Assembly: GCA_002256025.1 (NCBI GenBank)
Contig: NKIB01015057.1
Span: forward strand, 1-38,531
DNA from: Asterionella formosa
Lineage: Eukaryota
DNA: 38,531 bases
Direction: 5' to 3'
The position numbers and the translations under genes are program-made. Shown in pieces: positions 1-11,088 of the stretch. The first letter of the stretch is position 1; each line of letters begins with the position of its first letter. Under the pieces are notes generated by a model. The model worked only from the letters and a program-made list of their open reading frames with translations. It searched no databases and was not told the DNA's origin.

Positions 1-1075
1 AACATGTGATTTAAGGAGTTCGCTCTTGGTGATTGGCTTAATTACCGAAGAGAGCAGCAAAGGGTGGTCGATTCAACCAATGCGACGATTATCCTCTTCC
101 ACATGGGTAAAACTCTTGATTTTTTGATTTTTTATGTAAGACTTCTTTGCGAAACGGTAGCTCGTCTATGAAATAAATTTCTGCGTATATATATATATAC
201 CGGTATACACCACCAAGCAAACTTGATTTCCACCGGATTTACGGTACTAGCAACAGGTATTCCCTGGTAGGGAATGCCAGGTACCTGGCACCTTGTATGG
301 AGTACCAGGTAGGATGAAAACATTCGCACCCTGTAGATATAAACAATGATATACCGGTATTGATACATATGTACCAGTACGGTCGTGTTGCGATATTCTT
401 GGAAGAAACACGTGGATTCTATGCTACCGGTATACAATCTGAGAATACCGGTAGACAAGATCATTGTGTGTTCGAACATGGACATCATACCGTTGTATTA
501 TTACCGCTATATCGGTCGTAGCTACGCATGTAGGTAAGACTATTACAGTACCTGTTACGGGTAGACGAAACTACGGATGGTATCGGTACCAGCAAGTTGC
601 AGTAATTTTGCTGAAACTAAAGATTTAGTTATCTTTATCCCAGATTAAAATGATAGTTCAAGCAAAATGACTGCAACTTGCAGATCCAATACAGTTTAAA
701 GTTGAAACAGATAAGTCAAATGAATCTTGTTTGTATCCATAATCAGCCCAGTCATGATCTTTTGAGTCTAGTAATGGACATGGAGCAATCTTTACTCATA
801 TATGAATCAATCTTTGAGTCTTGTTGTGAACATGAGTTGATTTACTCATTTATGAGTTAATTTTGTTTGTTTGGTTTGCTAAAAATTTCTATAAGCTCAC
901 TTTGTTTGGAAATACCAATAGAGTAGAATCTATCTACTACCAACAGTTGCCTAAATTCACCGTGATCCTTCAATCTGCTGCCCACTAGCACCTAAGTTTC
1001 TGAGTATATCAATATATTTACAATTTTCCAATAAGTCAAACTCCTTTCAGGTTAATCTACAACTTCTCTTCTAAA

Positions 1076-1096
1076 TGGTTATGAGCCCAAGCGCTT
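1076..1096 (+). promoter_or_regulatory. Copia-type primer-binding site complementary to the 5' half of initiator tRNA-Met
   Basis: TGGTTATGAGCCCAAGCGCTT. Its reverse complement AAGCGCTTGGGCTCATAACC follows the iMet D-arm/anticodon-arm layout (compare the Drosophila copia PBS GGTTATGGGCCCAG). It lies upstream of copia gag/integrase fragments. Confidence 0.65.
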
Positions 1097-1543
1097 ATAC
1101 CTGTCCATTCTTCACTTGGGTTCTCCTGCTCCTTTGCTCCCAGAGCCATTTCCTAAAACCAGTCCATTTTCTTGTCCCAGAAACAGAATGCACAATTAAG
1201 AGGAAATGCTAAAGGTATCATAGTCCAACTATTCCACTCACACATTCTATCTTTCCCGGTTATACAGCCAGAATCAGAGAAATAGAAAGTTATGTATACT
1301 ACAACATCATGAATCAATACTTGATCTTATTTCGTTATTTCGGTTGCAATGCTTAGGATCAAAGGGCTTCAATGGAATACAACGGCATTGGATTGAAGGG
1401 TAGGAACAAAGAACACAAATGTATCAATAATAAAATAAAGATTGCAATTTAAAGCGTAAACAACAATATGATAGAATAATCATTTCAATCATTCCACTCG
1501 TCATCGCTAGTATTTCATCATTGTTGCAGAAATTGGAGTGAGG

Positions 1544-2990
1544 ATGACTGAAGAAGATGATAAGCCAAAGTACATTACTTTGGCCAGTACATTATCCTAC
1601 CAAGAAATTTAAATACAGGAACCTAATAGAAACAATACATATAATTATTAAATATACGTAGCCAAAAGCGTTACTATTTAATTTACGATGGCATTTATCA
1701 TACTTATTAGACAATATATCAAAAAATTATGATCCGATGATCATAATCCTAGTATGATGGATCATAGGAATATGATGGTTTTTATTTGCAGACGAAGATT
1801 TGACAAAAGAATAGATGGAGTTGGTGAGACAAGATGATGAAGCAAAGCATTGTCTTATTATGTCGTGCAGATGCAACGCTTTTGCAATCATTGAATCATA
1901 TGAAATTGCCTACCAAATGTTTCAAGCTGCCTCTTAAAGACCGATACGACTTAAAGAAGACAAAAGATTTGTTAAAAGCAACAACCAAACTTTTTGAATT
2001 TTTTTAAATGATATCAAGATAAAGATGAGGAAATCCCTACCTTTGGATTGTCGAAATGGAACGATTGAACAGAGAAGTGGAAAAGTGCGAAAATGGGTCA
2101 AGACACAGCGAAGAGCCAATGCAAGCGACCATATTACTAGCAAGACTACCAAAACGGAGGTATGAATCAGTGATAATATCTCTAAATGGGAAGATTGTTA
2201 CAAAAGGACTTGACAATAAGGATTTCATTGCTGAGATCATTGGCCATTTTGAGATAGTTGTGGAGCCATTCAAAAAGCATCTAAATCGCGAAAATCAAGA
2301 TCAAAGAGAGAACAAGGAAAAGGGAAATATTTGGCTCTTAATACAATAAGTGGAAAAGGTGATGGAGAGCCTTTAAAGGTGAATGCGACAAGTGGGGAAG
2401 ACAAGGCCATGGAGCAAGAGAGTGCAGAAGCAATGGCAACAGGAATAACAGTGGAGAAAGCAAAAGAAACGGAAAAACCGAAGGTGAAGTGCTACAGCTG
2501 CGTCGGATTTGTACACATTGCAAGAGAATGTCCAAAGAAGGAAGAGTCTGATATGTTTGTTGGTATGACAATCCATGGAGCTGATATCCGGGAGGATGGC
2601 CAATATTAGGAGACAGTAATGGGGTCACTTTATTGATTTAAATTTGTCAACGACAAATCAAGGAAGAAGTCATGGGATTTTTATGGAGCATGAAAATATG
2701 GCATAACAAAGGTACTGAAAGACATTTTGGACAAGTTAAAGACTGCTGGGAATCCAGTAAAATATCTACGGTGTGACAATGTGGGTGAGCATATGTTTGA
2801 ACTACGAAAAATATGTGAAGGGGAATATGGAATTGAGTTTGATTACACAGCTCCCAACACAACACAGCACAATGGAAGCGTGGAAAGGATGTTTTCAAGT
2901 GACGCAAAGCGTGCGCTGCTGGCAATGATGATGATATCTGCTGGGTGGGCAAAAGAGATGCAAGCTAGAACCAAGAATAAAGCTGCCGCA
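1544..2990 (+). mobile_element. Degenerate, internally deleted Ty1/copia remnant (gag, zinc knuckle, integrase core)
   Basis: Gag-like fragments at 1787-2349. CCHC knuckle CYSCVGFVHIARECPK in ORF 2331-2609. rve integrase motifs YLRCDNVGEH and EFDYTAPNTTQHNGSVER in ORF 2727-3128. Frameshifts and stops present; no RT seen. Confidence 0.8.
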
Positions 2991-3044
2991 ATTTTTTTTA
3001 AACTACTTCCACACGAGGAAGTGACTACCAACCAACCCTTTCCA

Positions 3045-3135
3045 CCGCCCCACCTTATATGGGCCATGGAGCGCAATGACAAAAACTCTAGAAATAGAAT
3101 ACTAAGAATGCGCTATAAAAATGATTAATATATAT
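3045..3135 (+). repeat. Dispersed repeat, homologous to 33818-33905
   Basis: CCCCACCTTATATGGGCCATGGAGCGCAATGAC...GAAATAGA...ATGCGCTATAAAAATGAT versus CCCCACCTCACATGGGCCATGGAGCACAATGAA...GAAATAGA...ATGCGCAATAAAAATGAT. Confidence 0.8.
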
Positions 3136-4654
3136 GAATAGGATCTAAGTATACGGATATACATCACCATAATATGATTTGTGATATGGATTGATGCATA
3201 TCACATACCAGTACTATCCTCCACAACCAGCCATCAAATTTATCGTTGTGTCGTTTTTCCTTGTTATATATTTATACTCTGTATATGTATGATAAAATTT
3301 TATGATCATATGATGTACACATGAAGAACTCCCCCCCCCCCCAAAAAGGGGCTTAAATAATTAGCTACCAAAATCCTTGTGTATAAATAATGATACAAAT
3401 GGGTTGTGACTTACACCAATTGAATGGTCTGAATAATTAGTTCCAACACATGTAGAAAATATTGATGCAGAAAATTTTCAGAAACAGAACCGGTACACGA
3501 AGTCGTGGAAAACAATTGACATATCGTGCATTGCATATTTTCGAATTATGTATATGCAAGTATGATCATCTTAACAATACCATACGTGCTGATTTGAGAG
3601 TGTCTTTGAATTTTATAAATGTACAACAGTTGATATATTTATATATTTACAAATTTTATAAATATATACATGGCAAATATAATTGAAATCGTTCTGTCAT
3701 GTTAACAAACAATGCCTGCTTCGTGAAAAGACATGACAAGGAAAGTTTATGCAATAACGAAAAACATTGTGGCTTCGACACATTGTGCCTTCGAAGGATG
3801 GATTATGTTTAAGGTAATGAAGCCATCAATGTGGTACTTGGATGACAATCGTTGGGAGGCAGGACAACAAATTGTAAACTAAACGCACATTTTCTTTCTT
3901 CTCAGTTGATTCAAGTAAAGTGGTTGAAACAAGAGATATTCATGCTAGGGCAGACATGATATCCAATGCTGCCAACGATATCAGATTGACCCTGAGTGCA
4001 ATTTATGATCCTGACTTGAGTTTGTAGGTTTCAGAACCTCCAGAAGTTATTGAAGAACCTGATGACAGTCCTCCTGTCCATACAATCCTCATTTATGAGG
4101 ATGAAGTGGCAGAGTCCACAGCAAACCTGGACTTTCCATTGTCTGGAGCAGGGAGGATGATGTAGGATGCACAATAAATAAATTGATGAGTCGAATTTGA
4201 GGATGCAGACAGACAACAGTGATGATGATGACTTACCATTATTAACCTCATTTATTACTCAAGTGTTGTTAGTAGGGTAGCCTGCATGGGGCTTCCTGGC
4301 TGGCATTGACAGCCTAGGTTATATATAATTCTTAACCTACCCAGTATCAACCCAACAAATGTGGTGACTTTAGGCGTTGAGAGTCGAGGGAATTATGTGT
4401 GCTGTAAATGCCATATTTTGGCACAGGTGAGTTAATCTATCACCACATCTTAATGACTGTGGAGAAGGCAGATGGCTTGGTTTGATCTTTTAATGAGGCA
4501 TTTATTTGCCTTGCCTTTTGTGGTATTTGTGGCAGACTCTGATAATATTGTGCAGATTTAGGATCTGTTTGGATCAATATGAAATGTGGTGACATGATCA
4601 TCATGACTCTTCTTGAATGAATAATGCATCTTATTCCAGCCAATTTTTTCAAGA

Positions 4655-4888
4655 TCCTTGAGTTTCTTGTTGTTTCTGTTGATTCTTTCATGTGTTTGTA
4701 GCTCATTGAGTATGCTGTAGTTATTGTGTAGCTCACCAAAGCGCCAGTGCAGACCCGCTTCTGATGCCAGGACATCAAAAAATGCGCTCTTCAATTGAAT
4801 GATGCGTGTTGTGGTTGCATTCCATTCATTTTGGTCAAGCTCCTTGAGTTTCTTGTTGTTTCTGTTGATTTTTTCATGTGTTTGTAGG
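4655..4888. repeat. Local ~47-bp direct duplication (4655-4701 and 4840-4887)
   Basis: TCCTTGAGTTTCTTGTTGTTTCTGTTGATT(C/T)TTTCATGTGTTTGTAG occurs twice. Confidence 0.85.
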
Positions 4889-5308
4889 GAATGGCTTAGT
4901 GGTTAGTCCATCCTCTGCAGTGGCAGGTTTGATTCCTGTATTCTCCACCTGTCTTTTTCATGTACCGGTAGTCCCTAGGGTTCCGGAGCGGTGTGTGGCT
5001 GAAGAATAGACAGGTCCTATTGTACTGTGTGTACGCATGAACAAAACCAGATGATCCGACAGAACTATCAGCCATTTTCCCCAAAAATCAGCACTGCAAA
5101 CAAAAATATAAATGCATTGATTTTGTCGTCGCTGATGGTTATATTTCATTGCAAAATCGATCGATCGAGGTGCAAGCCTCATCAATTCATATTTGCCTTG
5201 TGTACGTAGAAGTTGCGTCAGTCTGTCTTATATTAGTACTACACGTAATAGTATCATACCTGGCTTTTGATATTTCATGCAAACTTCACACGCTGTGCAT
5301 TGTGAGAA

Positions 5309-6499
5309 ATGCTTCGAAAAGTCCTGAAGACTCGATGTTCCATTCGCCCACGACACCAATTGAGGTCCAGCTATCATGAAGTCTCCTTTGCTACATCAGG
5401 AGAACTTATCGAAGTGTTGGAATATCTTGAAGTAGCCACAGAGGATGACATGCCGTATCCAGGTCACTCCCCGTCAGTTCGAGTTGAAATGTGGGAAACG
5501 CCATGGAATCCTGCCGACGTCAACACTGTTCAGGGAAAGTATGCATCGCCTTATCCAGATAAAAGTATGACGAGGGAATTATTACGCATGAGTCGGTACT
5601 TTCAGGGAAGAACAGTTGCCGGCTCGGAAGGATGGGGACGCGTGACAGATATTTGCGGCACAGCGTCGCATCTAAACGTTGGAGACGTCGTGACGGTAGG
5701 CCTTCCTGGGCTTGGTACATTACGGTCGAGTCTTTGGGTTCCACCTGCTTCTTTGATTCCTATTACTCGAGGATTGGAGCTGTCAACCAGGATTGGTCCG
5801 CAAGCAGCTCTCCTACCACAGCTCGGAGGGACCGCAATTCGCATGTTGAGAGATTTTTGTCACCTTCAACCGGGGGACACTGTCATTCAAAATGCCGGAA
5901 ACTCAGGGGTTGGCCTCATGGTTAGTCAACTTGCCCGGCAGCTTCATGGAGTGCAAGTAGTTAGCATGGTGAGACGTGGTACTAAGAACGAAACGGAATG
6001 GGCAGAGCTTGTGCAGCATCTGACTCAAACAGGAAAGGCTGCGATAGTTGTTGCCGAAGAAGATATTGCTGATCGCGACGCCTTGAAAGATTTCATACTT
6101 AACCTACAACAACTTTCCATGTCAAAGAAGCTTCCATCTTTAGCTTTGAATGCAGTGGGAGGAGACAGTTCTTCTACACTATTAAGCTGTTTGGACCAAG
6201 GTGGAACATTGGTCACTTATGGAGGCATGTCGCTGAAGCCAGTCACAGTAAGGACTCCTCAACTCATATTTGGAGATATTCGCCTAGCCGGTTACTGGCA
6301 TAGCCGCTGGATGGTACAGTGCAATGACAAGGACAAGCAGTGTATGGTCGACGAATTGGTCGATACAGTACTGGACAAGGAAGTTCAGTGCCCTCCAGTC
6401 AACCTGTTGCCGCTACGAGAAATTCTCACAGGTCTCCACTTGGATACAAATCAAACTGGAATACGAAAAAAGTTATTGTTGTCATGTCGCGAACGATAA
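5309..6499 (+). CDS. MECR: Mitochondrial-type trans-2-enoyl-CoA/ACP reductase (MDR family, ETR1/MECR-like)
   Basis: 396-aa ORF with PWNPADVNTVQGKY, VIQNAGNSGVG, LALNAVGG and GTLVTYGGMS motifs. The basic, Arg-rich N-terminus resembles a mitochondrial transit peptide. Confidence 0.9.
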   Translation: MLRKVLKTRCSIRPRHQLRSSYHEVSFATSGELIEVLEYLEVATEDDMPYPGHSPSVRVEMWETPWNPADVNTVQGKYASPYPDKSMTRELLRMSRYFQGRTVAGSEGWGRVTDICGTASHLNVGDVVTVGLPGLGTLRSSLWVPPASLIPITRGLELSTRIGPQAALLPQLGGTAIRMLRDFCHLQPGDTVIQNAGNSGVGLMVSQLARQLHGVQVVSMVRRGTKNETEWAELVQHLTQTGKAAIVVAEEDIADRDALKDFILNLQQLSMSKKLPSLALNAVGGDSSSTLLSCLDQGGTLVTYGGMSLKPVTVRTPQLIFGDIRLAGYWHSRWMVQCNDKDKQCMVDELVDTVLDKEVQCPPVNLLPLREILTGLHLDTNQTGIRKKLLLSCRER

Positions 6500-7145
6500 A
6501 TTGAGGCTTACTCTATACAACATGCTGCAACCAATCTCTTGTTTGTTAATCACAATGCAGGTTGCCTCACACCATTTTCCTAGAAACGAATGATCATATA
6601 CAAGGTCCTAGGTGTCCAATCTGTAATCATACATATATATAATATATATAGACCAATATAACATATTCTTATAGGAATATGTCTGTAAATATCGTACACC
6701 AGCTGATGTAAGTTGCAAGACTATATTGCCAGTAGCAGTCGGATGGTAAAATTGCTTGAGATTATTGCTACCACAATATGTTTTTTTACCGGTGCTTTGT
6801 TTGTTACTCGATTGAGATGCACTCATCTAATTATGAATCTGACTGTAGTTTGATTTGGAACATGCAGGCTCATGCATGTTTCAAAGTAGATGAGTTCTTT
6901 GGAGGTAGGATTCATTTGTGTTTCCAACTTCATATGGTACTTGTAAGTTACAACCTGCTCTTCCTGCCTAATTACACTTTGTCCCTCTTGACCTCATTGA
7001 CCGTTAGGCCTAGATGTTCTGTGCTAAATATTTCTCACAGAAATGATCCTAGTAATCAACACTAGATCATATCTTATTTGTCCTTGACTGTACCTTGATG
7101 TCTTGGACATGTCTCTTTTACTCTAGGCAATCAATATTGGCCCCT

Positions 7146-7528
7146 NNNNNNNNNNNNNNNNNNNNNNNNNNNNNNNNNNNNNNNNNNNNNNNNNNNNNNN
7201 NNNNNNNNNNNNNNNNNNNNNNNNNNNNNNNNNNNNNNNNNNNNNNNNNNNNNNNNNNNNNNNNNNNNNNNNNNNNNNNNNNNNNNNNNNNNNNNNNNNN
7301 NNNNNNNNNNNNNNNNNNNNNNNNNNNNNNNNNNNNNNNNNNNNNNNNNNNNNNNNNNNNNNNNNNNNNNNNNNNNNNNNNNNNNNNNNNNNNNNNNNNN
7401 NNNNNNNNNNNNNNNNNNNNNNNNNNNNNNNNNNNNNNNNNNNNNNNNNNNNNNNNNNNNNNNNNNNNNNNNNNNNNNNNNNNNNNNNNNNNNNNNNNNN
7501 NNNNNNNNNNNNNNNNNNNNNNNNNNNN
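7146..7528. other. Assembly gap (383 N)
   Basis: Run of n characters. Confidence 1.
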
Positions 7529-8769
7529 CAGAATATACTATTATTTGCCAAATTTTTGCTGAGCTTGAACAAGCATATACATGTTTGGCTGCTAGATTGA
7601 GAAAAAGGGCTCATTCAACATCCTGATGGCAATAACTTTTGATCATACCCAACATGTAGACAGTCTCAAGATTGCCGGCCCATGCTAAAAGACATCAATG
7701 CAGCAGCTGCAATGACAGCAGTATCGTGCTCTTGAATATTACGAGATGCAGTGCCCAACAACTTTGTCTGGAATCATTCGTAGCAGACTACTTTTGAGCT
7801 GAATCTTGAGTGGCACTACAACTATATTAGGCAATGAAACAGGTACAGCATTGTTAGGATCACCACAAAGTTTCTTCCAACAAGGCAGCTTGTCAACATG
7901 TTGTGAAAATACCAATGTTGGATTTCTGTTAACTGAACTTTAATGTAGTAATTCTCTGAATCGTTTCTTTGCAGAATTCAATGAGGCACTCTTCAGAGAC
8001 TTTATAGCGATGGGTGGAATCGATTTTAGAAAAAACTTGTAAAATAATTGGATTACACACAATTACATTGCTAGTATCATTTCAATGTTTCCATTTTAAA
8101 CTTGAGATAGAAAATAGTTTAATAACATTAGTAGACTTGCCAACCTTGGATCTTCCATAGACTTAGTTTTACATTCTCACTTATTTCTTGATAAAGCATC
8201 TTAGGGCAATTGTAGACGTGATCATTATCTGATGATGAGTCATCGATATCATCGTTCATTTTTTCATTTTATATTCATAAACTACCGGTATGTATGGTAC
8301 CCATCATACAAACAATGATACATGCACACGTAACTACACTCTACTGTGAGTCTATTTCTATTCACTGATAATTTGGGCGTGAGATATGAAAAATTTAGGA
8401 TTTGGTCGATGCAGACAGGAAACATATGAAAATTTCAGCTATTGATTTCTTGACCAAGAATAAGTGACTTGTTTTGATATTTTCAACTGCAATCGTCTTT
8501 GGTCTTTGGTCGATGCGGTGGAGATGCTCTAACATAGCAGATTCTTTCCTACTCATTATGATGATTTCAATCTCTCTTTGAGACTCAATTTGAAAACCTT
8601 ATTGTTACTTTTATATTATTTTATATACATTGTTGGTTAGTTCGTCTTTCTCTCCTGAATAAAAAAGCTATACATGTTGAAGACAAAAAATTGGAATTTG
8701 AACTTCAAACATTTCGTCATGTGCCAGTCACAGCATGAAAAATTCTGTAGACACAGATCAGTCTGGACT

Positions 8770-9011
8770 GGAAGGACTCAATACTGCTTCGATGAAATGA
8801 TGTAAACAACACCAATCAACCCATCAAAGCACGCCCATGGAGCATACACAACATGTCCAAGTCATCATTTTCCAGGCTACATATGTACTTTGGAGGAGGG
8901 AGCTGTCAGTATCCACAACCTTTGTCCAGAAATTTTGTGTGCCTTTGGGTAGCCCAAAAACTCTGTGCTCAGCATTTTGGGTCAATCTTGATGACCATCT
9001 TCGCAATTTAT
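8770..9011 (-). mobile_element. 3' part (Cys-rich C-terminus) of a piggyBac-like transposase remnant
   Basis: When one copy of the 18-bp TSD is removed, this joins 16315-16390 in frame: MLGFRKFFAEVLVYNSYYKEKEDKLRRWSSRLTQNAEHRVFGLPK...TWTCCVCSMGV. Confidence 0.6.
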
Positions 9012-9154
9012 GGAATAATAAAATTTTAAGTACGCATTAAAAGCACGACTAAAGTGGAGATTGGAGGGTCGCACTAGGGCGCGATACGCCCCTCAGACGC
9101 AGATCAGGATCAGATAGTTTCTGGTGGGCAACGAGGTTGAGTGCGTTGTAATAG

Positions 9155-9352
9155 TGAGCAATTAAGGTTGGCGCGAAGTACGTTGCGATACGTAGCAGTA
9201 CGGTACAGCAGTGACTAGTCGTTATATCACGCAGACATTGGCAATAGAGTGGAAGTGTCTGTTAGTTAGCGATAGCGAAAACAATTAAACCTTTTAATAC
9301 ATCTTTACCTAAGTAAGTCACTATGTCGGACTTCACACAGCGATTATGATTT
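9155..9352 (+). repeat. 5' LTR (198 bp) of the CoDi-type copia
   Basis: Aligns to 15208-15441 with about 13 substitutions and one 36-bp indel. Confidence 0.92.
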
Positions 9353-9658
9353 AGTTTATAAGACCCATTGTAAAAAGCGAGAGCGATGCTAGCGGAAAGA
9401 GGATAAAGCAAGCGAAAAAAGGAATCGAATAGTGAATGCGATCTTGTCAAAGTGTCGATATTTCCAGATACACCAGCGACGGCTGGATGCGGGCTCTGGA
9501 AGCACAGCATGACAACCGCATAGAGGAAGGTAATCCTTCTCAATCCCTATTAGCGCAGCGAGCGGCCAAAGTGAGACTGATCATCTCATCAGGCATTAGC
9601 GAAACATGAAGCCCCTCATGTACTAACATTTTATTCATGTACAGAACAGAACAACAAG

Positions 9659-11088
9659 ATGGCCGAAGTGGCAGTTGCTCCGATTGTGAATGAAGGTTCA
9701 CCAATGATGTTGATAGGCGTTGACAAAGTACTTCAGGTGGTTGGATTTGAATGCAGGCAGGGTTGGGCTGATTCGAAGATTTCCGTTTCCTTGTGGAGAA
9801 GGATATCCGTGATATGGCAGATGAGTTTGGCAAGTGTACCCAGGCAAATGGACGGATTGTCTTTGGACTAGGACGCACTAAGAAGCTGACTGGTGTTATG
9901 CATTGGATTCAGGACTGTCATAGAGCAAGCGACATTCCAAACCATGAAAATTTTGATGAAGAAACGATGTATGCAGCCCTCAGTTTGGCTCAAATTCGTT
10001 AATCCGACATTGAATTGGTTACCACCAACTCAAAGGCAGCTGATCCAGGAAAATTCAAGGATAAACATAAATGGCCTGAATGGGATAAGGCGTTCATTAA
10101 CTTCCTATCGGTCATCCCTGGGGTAAATGGCATTCCATTGTCATATGTTGTGCAAGAGCTAGAGAACCCCACCCCAGGAACAGAGTATGCTACATTCAAC
10201 GAAAGGATGATAAATCGAGCATTGCTTAATGGGCATGATTACATAGCCGATACAAGGCGAGTGCACAATCTTATTATTGGGTTCTTGCAAGGAGAAAACA
10301 CTTAGAACTGGATACGCAACATTGCCAAGTACCAAGATGGCAGGCGTGACATGATTGCTTTGCGTTGTCACTATGCTGGTGAAGGAAACTCCACTAGGAG
10401 AATAGCTGATGCGAAGCGGATCCAAAATGCCTTGCACTACAAAACTGAACAAGCCATACCATTCAACAAGTTCCTAGATTCGTTACAGCGGATGTTTACC
10501 ATTTTTGAGGAAGAAAATGAACCATTAACTGAGAGAGCCAAAGTCGATGAGCTTCTTACCAAAGTGCAGAACTCTGCATTAGCGGCAGCAGTGGCACAAC
10601 TAAGGTATCAGTTGAATACAGATGGGATCACTTTTACTGTTGCTGCTAACCATTTAAACTCCGAGATTGCTTAGACCCCGGATTATCAATTGTCTTGAAA
10701 AATTAGTGCAGATACTACTGGTGGTCATGGCGGGCGAAACAGTGGACGAGGAGGAAGAGGAAATGGACAAGGACGACACAGGCGAGGCGGACGCAGTAGT
10801 CAAGAGAAAACCAGTACTGGATATTAGTCTACAGCGGAATGGGAGAAGCTATCTTTTGATGAGCGTGACAAGATTCGCAAAGAAAGCGACAAGAAGGGAG
10901 AACAATGTGGAAGCAAGCAAACCATATCTGAATTGACTACAAAGCAGCTAACAACGGCAATCATTAGTTCAATTCAGAAGGCAAATGCAGACAATGGTGC
11001 AGAGGATACACCAAAGAAGTCAAATGCTAGTCAAGCAGGAAATGCATTTGGAGGGAAGGAAAGCGCAAAACGAAGTAAAACAGAATGA
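9659..11088 (+). pseudogene. Copia gag (frameshift near 9750-9790, several in-frame stops)
   Basis: DPGKFKDKHKWPEW, GVNGIPLSYVV, LRCHYAGEGN, an RGG-rich tail, and an end at GNAFGG...KTE-TGA. Confidence 0.85.

Noticed and set aside
1..104. Possible first exon of a minus-strand gene (ATG at 104)
   Set aside because: Only about 20 codons, no recognisable motif, and truncated by the window edge.
3700..5100. Short ORFs and coding-like composition upstream of MECR (also 6840-8000)
   Set aside because: Probably decayed TE sequence, but no motif could be assigned.
7095..7614. ORFs of 155 and 163 aa
   Set aside because: Artefacts of the N gap.
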